Source of the DNA: Takakia lepidozioides
Taxonomy: Eukaryota; Plantae; Bryophyta
Assembly (NCBI GenBank): GCA_030704615.1
Contig: CM060731.1
Location: 81,468,001-81,532,000, forward strand
DNA length: 64,000 bases
Direction of reading: 5' to 3'
In this document: one piece after another, positions 24,216-37,268 of the stretch
Numbering within the stretch: the stretch's first letter is position 1
Layout of the letters: the number at the start of each line of letters is the position of its first letter
Translations under genes and position numbers: made by a program
The notes under the pieces: model-generated
What the model was told of the DNA's origin: nothing
What the model saw: only the letters and a program-made list of their open reading frames with translations
The model's database searches: none

Positions 24216-26804
24216 TACATGCCATTTACCAGTACAATACGCTTTGAAGGTGGCATAATTAAGGATAACTTTACTTTATGCATCCCTAAGATTCGCATAT
24301 CAAGAACAAGAGAGTCTCATAGAGTCTGCTGCCCTGCTGCCTTCGACTCACACATCATGTTTTCTTTTTGGAAGATTATCTGGTTGTTGTTGGTTTTGTC
24401 CGTGACTTCTTACAGATTCTGTCTGCCTCAATCTGCAATTCTCTCTAGTCCTCCATCTCTTCTCTGTTTCTTGTCAATGCAGAGATAAAAAAAAAAAACA
24501 GGGTGAAATGTGTTGAAGAAGGTGCCTTCATTAATTGTGCTGCTGCCGCTGCTGTTTCCAGTTGACCATCTACCTACGCAGATTTCTTGTAGCTATTGAT
24601 CCACAGGGAATTAGAAATAATCTTGTGTTTGAGATCCGGCCCTCTTGGATGAATTTAGACCTCTATCCCTGGTCCTTCAGCTGGGTGATTGCAGCCTACA
24701 GTGTCCATTTTTTGTTGTCACAACACTGTTTTTTCCAGACATAGAATAGTGGTAAATTATCATACTCCTACATGACAATGTCATCAATAAAAATGGACTA
24801 ACATATAGAGGCCAAAAACCAGAATCTCTAGATGCTATGGACTTTTTAAAAGTCCATAAGGAATTGTCACAGTCCATAAAAAAAGACGTCATGGAATTTT
24901 TTTTAACATAGGAGTTAGAACAAAGTTAAGAAAGGGGACTCTCTCAACCTTGCTTTGGAAAATGAGGAATCTGTAGTGTGGAATCTTTTTATTTTTTCTT
25001 TTCTTTTAAGTTTCCATCAATGCTTGACTCCTTTAAGTCGTGAAAACTATCATTCAAAAATATGAAGTTAAAAAAAATTATGTATTATTTTGAGCCTGCT
25101 ATTTTCATAAAGTCCTTTATCACTAAATTATTTTGAAATAACAATTTTTTTTTCATAAGAGACGCATTCATTCACCATAAATGCAGAGTTGAGTATGATC
25201 AAATTTAAAAAAAACCTTTGTGAATTGATATTACCACAATTTGAAAAATCTTGGTTTTAACAGTTTATAATAGACGGTCAAGATTGTCAGTTGAAGCAAA
25301 TCCGATGGTTGAGGATTCGCCACATCCTCTTTTATGTATTCATGATCTACCGTTTTTGGTCCACTCTAGTTTGCAATCACTCAGCTTTACCTGCCTGTGT
25401 ACAAATCATGAATACTTGCTGCTAGCAGCTGACACGGACGGCGCGAAGTTCTTCCAACAAACACCCCAACCCTACTTATCACACTAGTTTTATGCTGACT
25501 TGCGTATTCATTCCTCCTCGTTATCTGTTTTTGCATATTTTCTTGCCCAAAGAGCTCACTTACAGAATTCAATATGCATCTTAGAGCCGAGTTTGATGAG
25601 AGGGCAAAACAGACTGAAATAGGTCGAAGAATGTGCCCTCACCACATTGTCCTTGATCTTGTGTCATGACCCATGGAGGATTTGGCCGACCATCAACCCA
25701 AAGGACCTCTTGTGTGTGCTGTTTGTGTTTGTAGTCAGGTAATGTCGGATTGGTCTGTGAGAACCACCTCGGTGCAGCTGAGCATGCAAAGATTGAAACA
25801 CGACCTGCTAAAACTAAGCTGAATCTCCCAAGAACCTTGTAAACATCAGGAAGAATACCAAATCATGGTACTAAGAAGATCCAAGAGCCCACATTTCAGT
25901 GCAGGATGGACAAACTTCTTGACATCATACATTAAGAAAAAGCCACACCTTGCGATTACGGTTCTCCCACCATCTGTGAGAGCTCTTGCTCCTGCGCTGT
26001 ACACAGTTCAAGAAGATCAAGAATTGGGCAGTCCGGGCAGTTCCGAAAAACTTGGCGTGACGAGTTTTATTGGCGTTTTTAGGGCGGGCAGATTCCAAAT
26101 TTTTTGACGACGATGACGTGGCGACGAAACGTGGCAGCGATGACATGGCGACAATGACAAAGCACTATGACACCCTATATCTGTTCTACGCTAAACTAGC
26201 TTCCGCCCTTCGGTCTTCGCTAGAATGTGCTCCAGGACCTATCCAAGCAATCTTTAAATAAACAAAAAACTAACTACAAGGGGAAGGTGCAGGAACGGGA
26301 TAAGAACCCCCGCCTTACGATGCGCAAATATCTTCCCTAACCACTAAATCAAGGTACCATTCTTGAAACTATCGTAGTGTATGGTATTGTTACTTATACG
26401 GGTGTTTAAAAACCTCCAACTATATGGCACCCTAGATGCAACCTTTCATCTCCCCCAATCATCGTATCGCAGCTCAGAATCAATATATGAAGCGAGAAGT
26501 TTGTTTTGTTTTGTTTTGTCACGTCACCTTGAGATGTCCCAAACCGTGGGCCCCAGCATGGGTGCTTGGTACTAAGTGAAAGCCCTCGACGAGGAGGGGT
26601 GCACGGGCTTGGTCTCATGATTTTTGGACCTGCGGTGTGGGAGATGAGGAATTCCAAGTACTTTGGTCGCTGTAAATTTGGTAAAAATAGCAAAGTGGGC
26701 ATTCTTGGGGACAATGGTGGGAGCCTCGACGGGAGAGATATCAAGAGAAAGGTCTCTGGTTCAAATCTGGTTGTAGGCTCTCTAGGGAAAAAAAAATGAT
26801 TAGA

Positions 26805-27010
26805 TATGGGATTGCACTTGGACTTAGATGACACTAGAGGGCCTATACATGGGAGATGCACTTGGATACATAAATGGAAGATTGCACTTGGGCTTAGATT
26901 TCAATTCTTCACACATGGGCCAACGGCATAGGCTACACTAGATGTCGCACTTGGACCTTGACATAGGAGACCCACTTGGATACATAAGAAATTGCACTCG
27001 GGCTTATATT
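26805..27010. repeat. Short degenerate tandem repeat (GATTGCACTTGGA core, ~6 copies)
   Basis: Read directly from the sequence. Confidence 0.7.
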
Positions 27011-27146
27011 CAGACAGATGGCTGGAAAACCACCACCCATCCTAGCACTAAATGCTGCAACTTTATGTGAAAAATCTATAGTGGGATGAGCCCTACTTTG
27101 AATTGTGATAAAAGCCCCAAGTCATCCTGTCTGTCTATCTAACACC

Positions 27147-28211
27147 CTACACGGTTATAGCTGAAAGCCCGGTCGATGCTGCATCGGCAACTCTCTCATG
27201 CTCCTTGTTCAACATCTGCACACAAACATTTCCAAGTTGAAAGCTTTCCATATACGCCCAAATGAGACAATTAATACCCCTTGCATAAACCCACGTCTGT
27301 GAATGGACATCTTTGCAAAACACAAAATAGGTGATGGCCAAACCCTAGGATGGGCGTGCAATTAACTGCACTGCCTGCTGCCTACTAAGGAATTCAATTG
27401 AATCATTCTGCAGATCCGTGTAGTTGAGTGTAAACATGACGTCAGGCATACCTTGTTGTTGATGAGATTGTGTAGCGCGATCACACTCCGAATAAGTGAC
27501 GACAGGTAGATCACCAGCATCATGTCATTCGTCTTCACTGCAAGAGCTCCTTTTTGTAAGATGTGGAATTTTCATGCCTACACTAGAAGTACTTGAACGA
27601 AGAATAAATACTACGTGTAAATTGGGACACTGCCGACCCTATTCAGTCTGTCAAGATGCTCATGGGCTAGTCCAGCAATTTGCTATCACTTCAACTGGTG
27701 GAATTATCAGACATTCATGCTTAGTCAGTTAGGTTGCTCAGAGGGTTCAAAAAAGCACTGCGGAAGTTGGAAAAAAAAGGCCTCATGAAGATTGGATGTC
27801 AGATACAGATTTTAGCCTTTCTAAAGGCATTAATCAGTCTCAGCTTACCAACCAGACTTTCCACTTAATGGCCCTTTCGCAAGAGTGACGGTATAAGGCA
27901 CTTAACATGCACAAACTCACAGGGCTTTTATAAGCTTGTGAGCCACTTAGACAGTCCCTCCCACTAATGCAGTATAATGGGTGAGCCACAAGCCCTCAGG
28001 TGCCCAGTTCGGTCTACAAACTTGCCAGGCAGCGTATCCCCTGTGAGGCCTTGTGGCCTTTCCTAATCCACTCATTTTAATAAACCCCATCCAGTGATGC
28101 CACATGAATCTTGACATCAACAGGTATCATGCCACATAGTTGCAGTGACGCACCAGCAAAAGATTTGACGAGTTCATGAACATTGAGATTGGGTAGCAAG
28201 TTGAATACATC
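27147..28211 (-). CDS. RPN8: 26S proteasome lid subunit RPN8 (PSMD7/MPN family), last three exons only: 28211-28154, 27537-27452, 27215-27147
   Basis: Canonical GT-AG splicing gives [70 protein letters not shown], the conserved RPN8 C-terminus. I found no upstream exons. Confidence 0.9.
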
Positions 28212-31200
28212 CTGCTCATATACAAAAACAAGCCATGGTCTTAGATTTTTCTGGTACCACACAGAATAGCAATGCACTTCCTTGCCAGCCTGGGTGCCTT
28301 AACAATGCTTGCATAGATGATGTTAAACTCCACCTCTCGAGGCTGAGGCTGAAGTCCTGGCCCTTTCGGGATGTAATTGCGGGGCAGCTGACACACATCA
28401 GATTGATGCTTGTGTGAAGGGCTTCATAGAGGACATCTGGAAAGCCCGAACTCATTCTTCCTACAAGGTAAGTCCTACTACTGGAGTGGGCCCCTAACAA
28501 AGGTAGGTTCAGTTGAGTCTTGTTCTGCCCAAACTGGGTATGGGGTCTATGGCCACAAGTGTACGGCAAACAATGTCTCGTGAAGACATTCTCCCTATAT
28601 TTACTTTGTCCCCCTATGTGAATGCGTCAAAAGCGTGGGCGAGCGGCACCGCTAGTGTCTGCAAATGAAGCTGTCACCGAGGAGCAGCGGATTCTAATCT
28701 GCAGCAGCTGCTACAGATCTCACAGAGAGATTCCAAGTGCCAGTCTCCTTCATGAGCATAGATGTCACAGAACCAGACCCCATGACTGGAACTGCACCTG
28801 CTTGTCAGAAGGTTAGTACCCAGCTTGTTTTCCGCCCTGTGCAATTTTGCAATTCATGAACGTCCGTATGCCTTTTAGGCTTTGTCTAAGTGAGAGCAGG
28901 GTTTGTCACTACTGTCTTATTGGCAAGGACAGAAGTTTGGGATCATGAAATCATCGCTGCAAGATGCTGAAAACTGAAAATTGCCTTCACTTGTATAGAA
29001 AGTGCTAGAGGTCTGGTGGCTCTCCTTTCCTTCGTATATACTTTTATATCAGTCTCATCACAGGTCTATGTAGGGGGTTAGCATAACAGCCTGCATCCGG
29101 ATACTGTCTGTCCTCCAGTCTTTGAAAGTGTGCAGCCATCTCCTTCCTCATCCTGGTGATCAGAGGTCAACCGCAGTGCTGCGGACCGCTGCCCTGGTGG
29201 ATGAAAGAGAGGTGTTGTGGCGTGTAAATGTGGAGGAGTTCATACGGAGGTTGAGACACCTGGTAAAGTGTAGCCTAATTCCACACTGCATGCGTATGTG
29301 GAAGTTTGAACTGTTGTTTGTCTTCTGGCTTATTGGAGTACTCGTAAGACTTTGCTTCCGGCAGCCTTGTGGCCACAGAGCGGGGAAGGGGGGAGGGGAT
29401 AGGGAGGGTAGCTGCAAGGGTGGCAAGTGCAGTTCTTGCTCCGGTAGTTGGACTTGATCTCGAAACAAAGCCGGTTCTGGCCTTCCAGATCTACTCTAGA
29501 CAGCTGGTATTTATGGGTCATTCAGTACCTGTTGGAAATATGGGTAAATGATCTTATAGCTGGGCCTCATCAATGCATGGTCTTGATCTGGATTGAGGAC
29601 AGGCGTGTGTTGCACTGGTGAGATCAAGAGTTGACATAGGGGCTGGGACGATTTTGGCAGCGATGCTCCAAGCCACCCGCATGCAGGAGTCTTCTGCAAA
29701 GCAACACTATTCAGGTGCATGGTGGCTGTATCAAACTGTTTCTGGGCACATGTAGTCCCAAACTTGTGTATGCAAATATCAGTACTTCTAATCATCCAAT
29801 GGATCCAGAAATGACACGAAATGTGGTTGGCGCAGCTCCTCTATCAATGGATGCAATTACACAGGCAGTGCACATGACATCTGAGGGCCAGCACATGATC
29901 ATGGAGCGCATTCGCGGGGCATTACAGCAGCTTGCAGCTGATTCGGTTGGATATCTCTCTAGGAATGGTGAGAGAGGAGCACTTGGAGAAGGAGGCAACC
30001 AATATGTTATCAGTATCCTCTCAAGTTTTGCTGGGAGACTGTAGTAGGTTTTGCAAATGTTTTCGTCTCCTAGGATTGGCAATTGGAGAAAAGAGGAGGG
30101 AGAACGGAGGGAGGAAAGCAGTGCTTATTTAAAGAGAGAGTATGTAATTTTTAATGCTTTGCAAACAGCAGGACCCCATAACTTTGCAGTCAGGTATGCT
30201 GCAGGATGTAATCCTTCCCGCTTTGTTGAAAGTCTGAAAAGCGAACAACTCCAATAACTCCCTAAACACCAATGGTGTCCTTGTCGTGAGGTTGGAGTCT
30301 GTTGTCTCAAACAGAAGGTCACAATACTGTGGAGGTATTAGTGTCAATATTAGAGGGAGGGGGGACGTCGCTTCTAGAGTTCTGTAATGTTGTCCCAGAA
30401 TTTTTTATATTCTTAGCATTTGCTAAGAGACCTAAGGGACTGAGTGAGGGTTATTAAAGCAGATTGAGAGAAGGAATAGTTGCACATCTATTTTCCAGGT
30501 GTTCTGAAGTTGTGGGCTTTTACTTTTTTTAGGGTGGCCCTTACATTAGGCTTCAGATTTGAGTAAGATCATTGAACTTGGCCGACAAAATGAGGTAATC
30601 AAATGGTTGCTGGAACCACAAGTGATGATGCACAAATAACTCGAAGCTATGGTTTGGTTTGTATGTTCTTCTGAGAATCTTTCGGAGCAGTGAGGGTTGT
30701 AATTGCATCACTTACTGTATTGCCCATGAGGGAGCAGGAGGTATGGCTCAATTGTCTCTCTACAAGCTTCTGGTAGGCCATTTGTCGGTGTTGTCATTGG
30801 AGCCGCAGCTGCAACAGGTCGAATAGGGAATGCCGTATTCTCTTTGTTCTTAGTCTTCAACAGGAGCCCAGTATTTCAGGATGTGACACACATACATGGT
30901 GGCATGTTCAGAAGATTCCATCCATAAGCTGCCAGGCAACCGTAGAAATCATCCTGATGCCTTTCTTCACACCAGACAAGTTATTATCCATGTGTGCTGA
31001 CTTCATGCCTACAATGACCACGCAGGTGTTGGGTCTGGCAACGCAAATTCAAACTAAAGCTGGGAGCACTGACACCCACTTGTCCCAGGTGGCAATGACT
31101 CAAAGCCAGCATGAACAAGTAAAACGCATTCTCGCCGGGTTCGAGAATTCTAGAAGCTTCACGACTTCTAGTAGAAGGGAAACAATTGCACCATCCTTGC

Positions 31201-33236
31201 TCCTGCTTTTGTTGTTTTGTGTATATGTGCGTCGTCCCCCCTCAGCCACCTGCCTGGGGTGCACAATGGAATCATGAGCAAACCAATTTCAAAGCTGAGG
31301 TCGCTTTATAGGTGGTCCGTGGAGCAGATTCACGGGGGCGTTGGGCAGTCTTGTCAAGTGAAGTACCCAGCTTCCAGAGTTTCTGAAGCTCAAATTACAG
31401 CAGTAGCCCTTTCAGTGCTTCTCAGACCTCATCCCCTGCATAGAGAAGAAATGTGGATAAGCACAACAGTAAAATGGCCAGCTTCTTGGAAAGTTCATAT
31501 GTAAGTGAGGTCTGCTGTGCACTCGCAGCAACTTTGCAAGCCTGATAGTTCTTCAACAGCAGAAGAAGGATGATACTGGGTTATCAAGTGACAATCCTGT
31601 AATCAGCAAACTGAATAGTTGGAACATCTCTGCAGATTGTACAAGAATGTCACGATATTTTGATGCTTATCCGAAGCCAGAGACTGCACCTGCTTGTGTC
31701 TGTATGCAGGCACTTGGTCTACACCGTGTTGCATTGATTGACAATTCCGTGGGAAACTGAAGTGGGCAATGAGGTTCCCAGCTGAGTGCAAGTAATGGAA
31801 GAAGATCAAACTAGCAGTGCATAATGGTTGGTCATTTCTACCGAAGGAAAACAGTGAAATCCGACCACGACTCGAACAGCCATCTCCCTTTGTTTCAGTG
31901 CAAAGGGGCAAGGTTTGGGGGCGATACCTCCGACATTCTGTCACCACAAGCCGGGGCTTGGCCTAAAAGATGTTACTATGACTGTGCACCGTGAATTGAA
32001 CAGCCCCCATGCAAAGTTGAGCACCGGACCAAATTCTAGAGAAGGTGATGGAGTGACGGTCCTCTTCCTGTTGTTTCTTGTGAACATTGAGAAATTAAAC
32101 GTGGGAAGTATGGTGGTCAGAAGGACGGGTCCAAATTTCATCATAGAAGTGGAGGTGCTTTGTGAAAGGGCTGATTGAGCCTGGCAGGCCACCTCGTGGG
32201 CCTCCAGAATCTCTGCTGCCTGAAAGTATTTTTATTCCTTCCTCTACACAGTTACAATTTAATATGGAACCCTGGCATGCTGGACACCACCATACTAGTT
32301 GCAAGTGGTGATCTCTGAATCCGAGAAGATCACCTCACCTTGGCAATGACAAATTGCAACAAACCTGCACGGAGCTTAAGGCAGGCTCTTAAGCTCTTGT
32401 GTTTTGCTCTATTTGTGTCCTTTCAACTCACATTTGAAGAGCCGGGGATGATTCACATCCACCTCCGGCCCAAAGCACAAACTGTCCTTGCTCACCTCCA
32501 CAAACTCACATACTATGTCCGCATCATAGGAAATTGTACCGAGCAATAAAGTTGAACAGTTTGAGACACGTTATCGGCCAACTTCTTGGGACATGGTCAG
32601 CCAAGTGAAGCCTGCCCTCTTTTGCACGTCAAATGGTAATATTTGGAAGTGACCTCCCCTATATAGGATGCCAAAAATTCTGAGAAAATAAAATTTAGAA
32701 TACATTTAGAAATACTATAGGGTACCCATATATTGGCGGCACCACATTTAAATTAAAATAGGGTCCAAAATAAAGACGTATTTCCAAAAAATATTAAAAC
32801 TAATATAGGGTGGAGAGAAATTAAAGGGACACGTGTCGTTCAGTGACAAGCAGTTCGGGACATGCAACGGAGAGGGCGTAGACGCATGTGCACAGCAACC
32901 CTAGTCTTTCCTCTCTCCTGTCGGCGGCAATTCATGACGGCATTGTGCTAGACAAGCAGAGAGAAATGGTGGTGCGCTCAGTGGTGCGAGCATTGTGACA
33001 GTGAAGAAGCGTAGATTGAGAGGGGAATGATGGCAACCCCATAATGTGTTTTTTTTTAATTTTCAGGTTAATATAGGGTGCCCAATATTTGTTACATGCT
33101 ATAAAATATAAATAATATAGCTTGTAAGAAACTATGCCATATTACAGCATTATGTAATAATAGGATGGCCAAAAATTCAGAAAATAAAATTAATACCCCC
33201 ATAGAAAATGTCTGTTTGTCTCACGTGCCTGGGAAA

Positions 33237-33901
33237 CTAGATAGGGAGTGACCTCCCCGAGGGTGTCTTGTTACCAGAAGCCTCTACAATGATGGGGCCC
33301 TTGTCAAAGAACTTTTGTAATGTAGTGTTTAGAGCGTCCAAACGCCTGTCCACTGGATTCACATACGTAATCTCATCTATGTCATCTCCTTCAAGAGGTT
33401 CTAGATGAGTCTCTCCGAGTCTTCCTAGCCCTCTTTCGACCTCAATGGCCGTCTCCAACGCTTCATCGACAGTAGTGAATCTTCTACCCAATAATACTCT
33501 CATGATCTCGGGCCTAAGACCCCCAGAAAATCGTTTTTTTTGCTCTAAATCAGAAATTTGTCCTTGAAGGAACAAACGGTTCAACCGATCAAACTAGGTT
33601 TGCACCCGCGGTTTGTCTCCTGTCTAACGGCATTCATGCACATCTTAATCTCCGTCAAGTCTACCGTGCCAAACTTTTCTATGATACCTATTTGAAAATC
33701 TTCCCAATTGTCTGTTCTCGGATTTTGTTTCCGAAATCACTCATCTGCCTTGGATCGTAAGTTCAACCGGGCTACCTTGAAGATTTTATCCTCTGTCATG
33801 TCACAGACATCTCCAGACATTTGTATGGTCTCGACCCAATCTATCACGTTTTCACTATCTCTGCCATAAAACGGAGCATCGATCCTTGAGGGGCTCGTCA
33901 T
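33237..33901 (-). mobile_element. Ty3/gypsy gag pseudogene
   Basis: FYGRDSENVIDWVE...FKVARLNLR.KA..*F...W..F...F...QKKRFSGGLRPEI...TVDEALETAIEVE. Confidence 0.8.
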
Positions 33902-34487
33902 TCTAATGAATACGTAACGAGCCCTGAGCGCGCGCGGTCAGGGTGACGGCATATTAGTCTAGGGGGGTCGTGGTAAGTTGCGGTGTAGGTTGGGCTCACT
34001 GAACCGCCTACCCGACTGCGGTTAGTGCAGAGGGTCCGTGGTCGTACATGATGACTATGATCACAATATAAGTCCTACCGGCAAAGAGAAGTCACATACT
34101 CCTCTTCACAGGGCATGTTTGCGTTTCTAAGTCCTACGGTATCCTACAATCTACTCAGTAACTGCCTTCCAAGTCTTTGTGTTTTATTGTCTAATTCCTA
34201 CCGTCTAGGCTCCCGAGCCGTCTATAGCCGGGACATGTTTTAATCCCTTCATAAGGCACCTTCCGAGCCTAGGAAGAAGAGGGAAAATTTTCCTCTCCCA
34301 ATGCCCCTCCTTCACCGAGTGCTCGAGTTCAAGTCACCTCTAATGGAAGGGCCAACGCTTCCTACCCCAGTGTCTAAATACTTTGTTTTAGCAAAGGAAT
34401 GGCCAAAATACCTATCATCATCCAATAGGTTCACTAAGTTCAATAAGGTGGTTCTAAGTATCTCAAATCAATCGGATGTGTACTTTG

Positions 34488-36781
34488 CATGAGCGGTGAG
34501 CATGAGCATGAGCACATATAAGCATGAGCAGAGCAATTTTTAAGGAATATTCCTGGAATTTAGCCCTTCCCGACCTAATTTTGACTGTTTTTCATGTCAA
34601 AAAGTGCAAGGTGCTACATCATAATGTGGCCTAGAAGTTTGCCCTCGGTTCGGAAAAAACAGGTTCGGCAGTTGCCGAACCTGCATAGTCGGCAACGATT
34701 ACAGGCATAGGAGGAGAATATGGCCACGAGAATATGACCGTTTGTAATAAAACAAAACACATTTTTTGAACACAAGTAAGATCCGAAAGAGAGCGATTCC
34801 TGGTGTTTTGGGTCGGCTAGGTTCTATCATTCACGACGCCGATTATTTGCTGGCTAGTTAAGAGAAGTCTGCGACGATTACAGGCACAGTGTTGACAGCT
34901 CAAAATCAAGTTTGTTGTTAGTCATTTTGTCTGTTTAGCTAAGATGAACGTTGCCAATGTGGATGCAGGCGGCAGCAGCCGTGCTATGGAGGGCGACGTG
35001 GAGGATAGGTCTGCTGCCAATGTGGATGCAAGCAACAGCAGCCGTGCTGTGGAGGGCGACGGGGAGGACAGACCTGCTTCTGAAAGTGGACTCCTTATCT
35101 CAACGATATCACCGAGTGCGTTGCCAGGCAGGAATATGAGGCCTTGTTGCTTATGCAGTCACAAAATGTGAATGCTCCAGCTGAAGAGGAATGCAACAGT
35201 GATTCAGATGAGTCAGACGCTGATAAAAACGTGGGGATGGAGGATGAGGAAGGAGGTGACGATGAGGAGATGGAGGCTGATGAAGAGGAGGATTTGCATT
35301 GGATTGGTGTTTCAATTGACATCGTTGAAGAGTCGATTCCGGAGTCTGTTGTGCCGGGGAAAACAATGACATTGGAACCATGCACAATTTGCCTGGAGAC
35401 ACCAGTAGCTGGAGAGTCCGTATGCATACTGAGTGAGTGCTCCATTCATTCCACACTCCATACTTTGACACATGGGTGCAGCTCAATGGGTCATGCCCTC
35501 TCTGCCGGCGTCGGATCTGAGACCATATAGATAGGCCAGACAGAGAAGCTCAGTGTCCATGATGACGCAGATCAGTGGCCTATGGAGGCAATGTATTTGA
35601 CTTACACAAATAAAAAACATACCTAGTTCTATTACGAGTTGTGGACCAGCGGACTGATTGAGGATACTACCAAAAATGCAAGTTTGTCGCTGCAATTCTA
35701 GACTCGGAACCAACTATATAGCTGATAGTGGACACAATATTAATCTTGGACTTATTGAAATAAACAAATTATAAGTCGGTGCCGACCAATGTTGGTCTGG
35801 TATGGGTATCAGACTTATCTCCGATTATGAACACAAAAAATCAGTTTGGGTTTAAGTTCATCAGAAGCAAAAACAAAATATTAAACTAAATAAATTAGAA
35901 GTCTGTGCCGACTTATCTTCGACTAGGAATATACAAATCAGTTTGGGTTAAAGTCTATCAAAGGGAGGAAAAGAAAGAAATAAATAAAGAGAAAAACCTA
36001 TAAGTCGGCGCCGACTTATCTTCGACTATGAACAGAAAAAATCGGTGTGGGTTTAAAGTCAACACAGACTTTAACGATGGGAGAAAAATACAAAAAAAAA
36101 AAAAAAAAAACGTCGGCATCGACTTATCTTCGACTATGAACATTAAAAAACAGTGTGTGTTTAAAGTCGGCACCGACTTTAACGATGGGAGAAAAAAAAA
36201 GAAAAAAAAGAAAAAAAAAAAACTATAAATTGGCGCCGACTTATCTTCGACTATGAACACAAAAAATCAGTGTGGGTTTAAAGTCGGCACCGACTTTAAT
36301 GACGGGAGAAAAACACAAAAAAAAAATTAAAAATATGTATAAGTCGGCATCGACTTATCTTCGACTATGAACATTAAAATCCAGTGTGTGTTTAAAGTCG
36401 GCACCGACTTTAACGATGGGAAAAAAAAACAAAAAAAACAAAAAAAAAAACTATAAGTTGGCGCCGACTTATCTTCAACTATGAACACAAAAATCAATGT
36501 GGGTTTAAAGTCGGCACCGACTTTAACGATGGGCGAAAATAAAACCGGAAAAAAAAAAAAAAAAAAAAAACTATAAATCGGTGCCGACTTATTCAAGTTT
36601 GAACACAAAAAATCAGTTAAAAATAAAAAATAAAAAATAAAAACCTTGAAGTCGGCGCCGACTAAATCAGGATTCTAGAGCAAATACTATATTCACCCAA
36701 ATACTATATCCAAATACTAAATTTCATCCAAATAATGTTGTTTTTATCTTTGCTCATGAATATTTTTGCTCATGCTCATGG
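34488..36781. mobile_element. Putative non-autonomous hAT-related element bounded by inverted CATGAGC repeats
   Basis: Left catgagcggtgagcatgagcatgagca and right tgctcatgctcatg. The same catgagcgg..catgagcatgagc string lies upstream of the hAT transposase at 44203. No TSD seen. Confidence 0.5.
34944..35520 (+). pseudogene. RING-H2 finger protein pseudogene with acidic region
   Basis: CTICLE...ILSEC / frameshift / HSFHTPYFDTWVQLNGSCPLCRRRI*; one ligand Cys is replaced by Tyr; ~63 bp internal duplication at 34950-35075. Confidence 0.75.
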
Positions 36782-36935
36782 GTATAAAGTTCCCATCGTT
36801 AAAGTCGGTGTCGACTTTAAACCCAAGTTGGTTTTTTGTGTTCATAATCGAGGATAAGTCGGCGCCGACTAATAGTTTTTATTTTTTTATTTTTTCTTTG
36901 CTCCTTTGGTTAAAAGTCGGTGCCGACTTTAGACC
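35770..36935. repeat. ~115-120 bp tandem array with palindrome AAGTCGGCGCCGACTT; orientation inverts after 36781
   Basis: Units start at about 36001, 36111, 36227, 36340, 36454 and 36573; a reverse-complement unit lies at 36790-36935. Confidence 0.9.
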
Positions 36936-37268
36936 CAAGCTGATTTTTCCAGTTTTGCCTGCTCACGCTACCGTCCTGCCTTCACACACATCACAAGCCC
37001 GGCAGTTGCACATTCTGCACCTACCTGCTACGGAATCGGTACCGTCCAACGAACGGACCGGACATTTTGGACGTAGAACTCGTGAGGTAGGTAGGTAGGT
37101 AGGTAGGTCGATGGCCTTCAAGTCGCAGCTGGAAAACGTGTGGGTCCGGGGATGCCATTTTTGCAGTGGACACGAAAGATGACTGTTGTTCATTTGGAAG
37201 TAGGTATTGGCCTCCAATATGGATGAAAGTCATCTACCACCAACGTTCACAGATTTTGGACGAAAACA

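Larger units (their letters stand above)
21310..25640 (-). repeat. Dispersed duplicates of the PPR 5' leader (copies ~21310-21640, 21920-22420, 24495-24680, 25380-25640)
   Basis: Shared strings gggtgaaatgtgttgaagaaggtgcc, gttgaccatctac.catgcaggtttcttgtagcta and ccggccctcttggatgaat. Confidence 0.85.

Noticed and set aside
35958-36608. Poly-Phe / poly-Lys ORFs
   Set aside because: They are translations of the poly-A tandem array.
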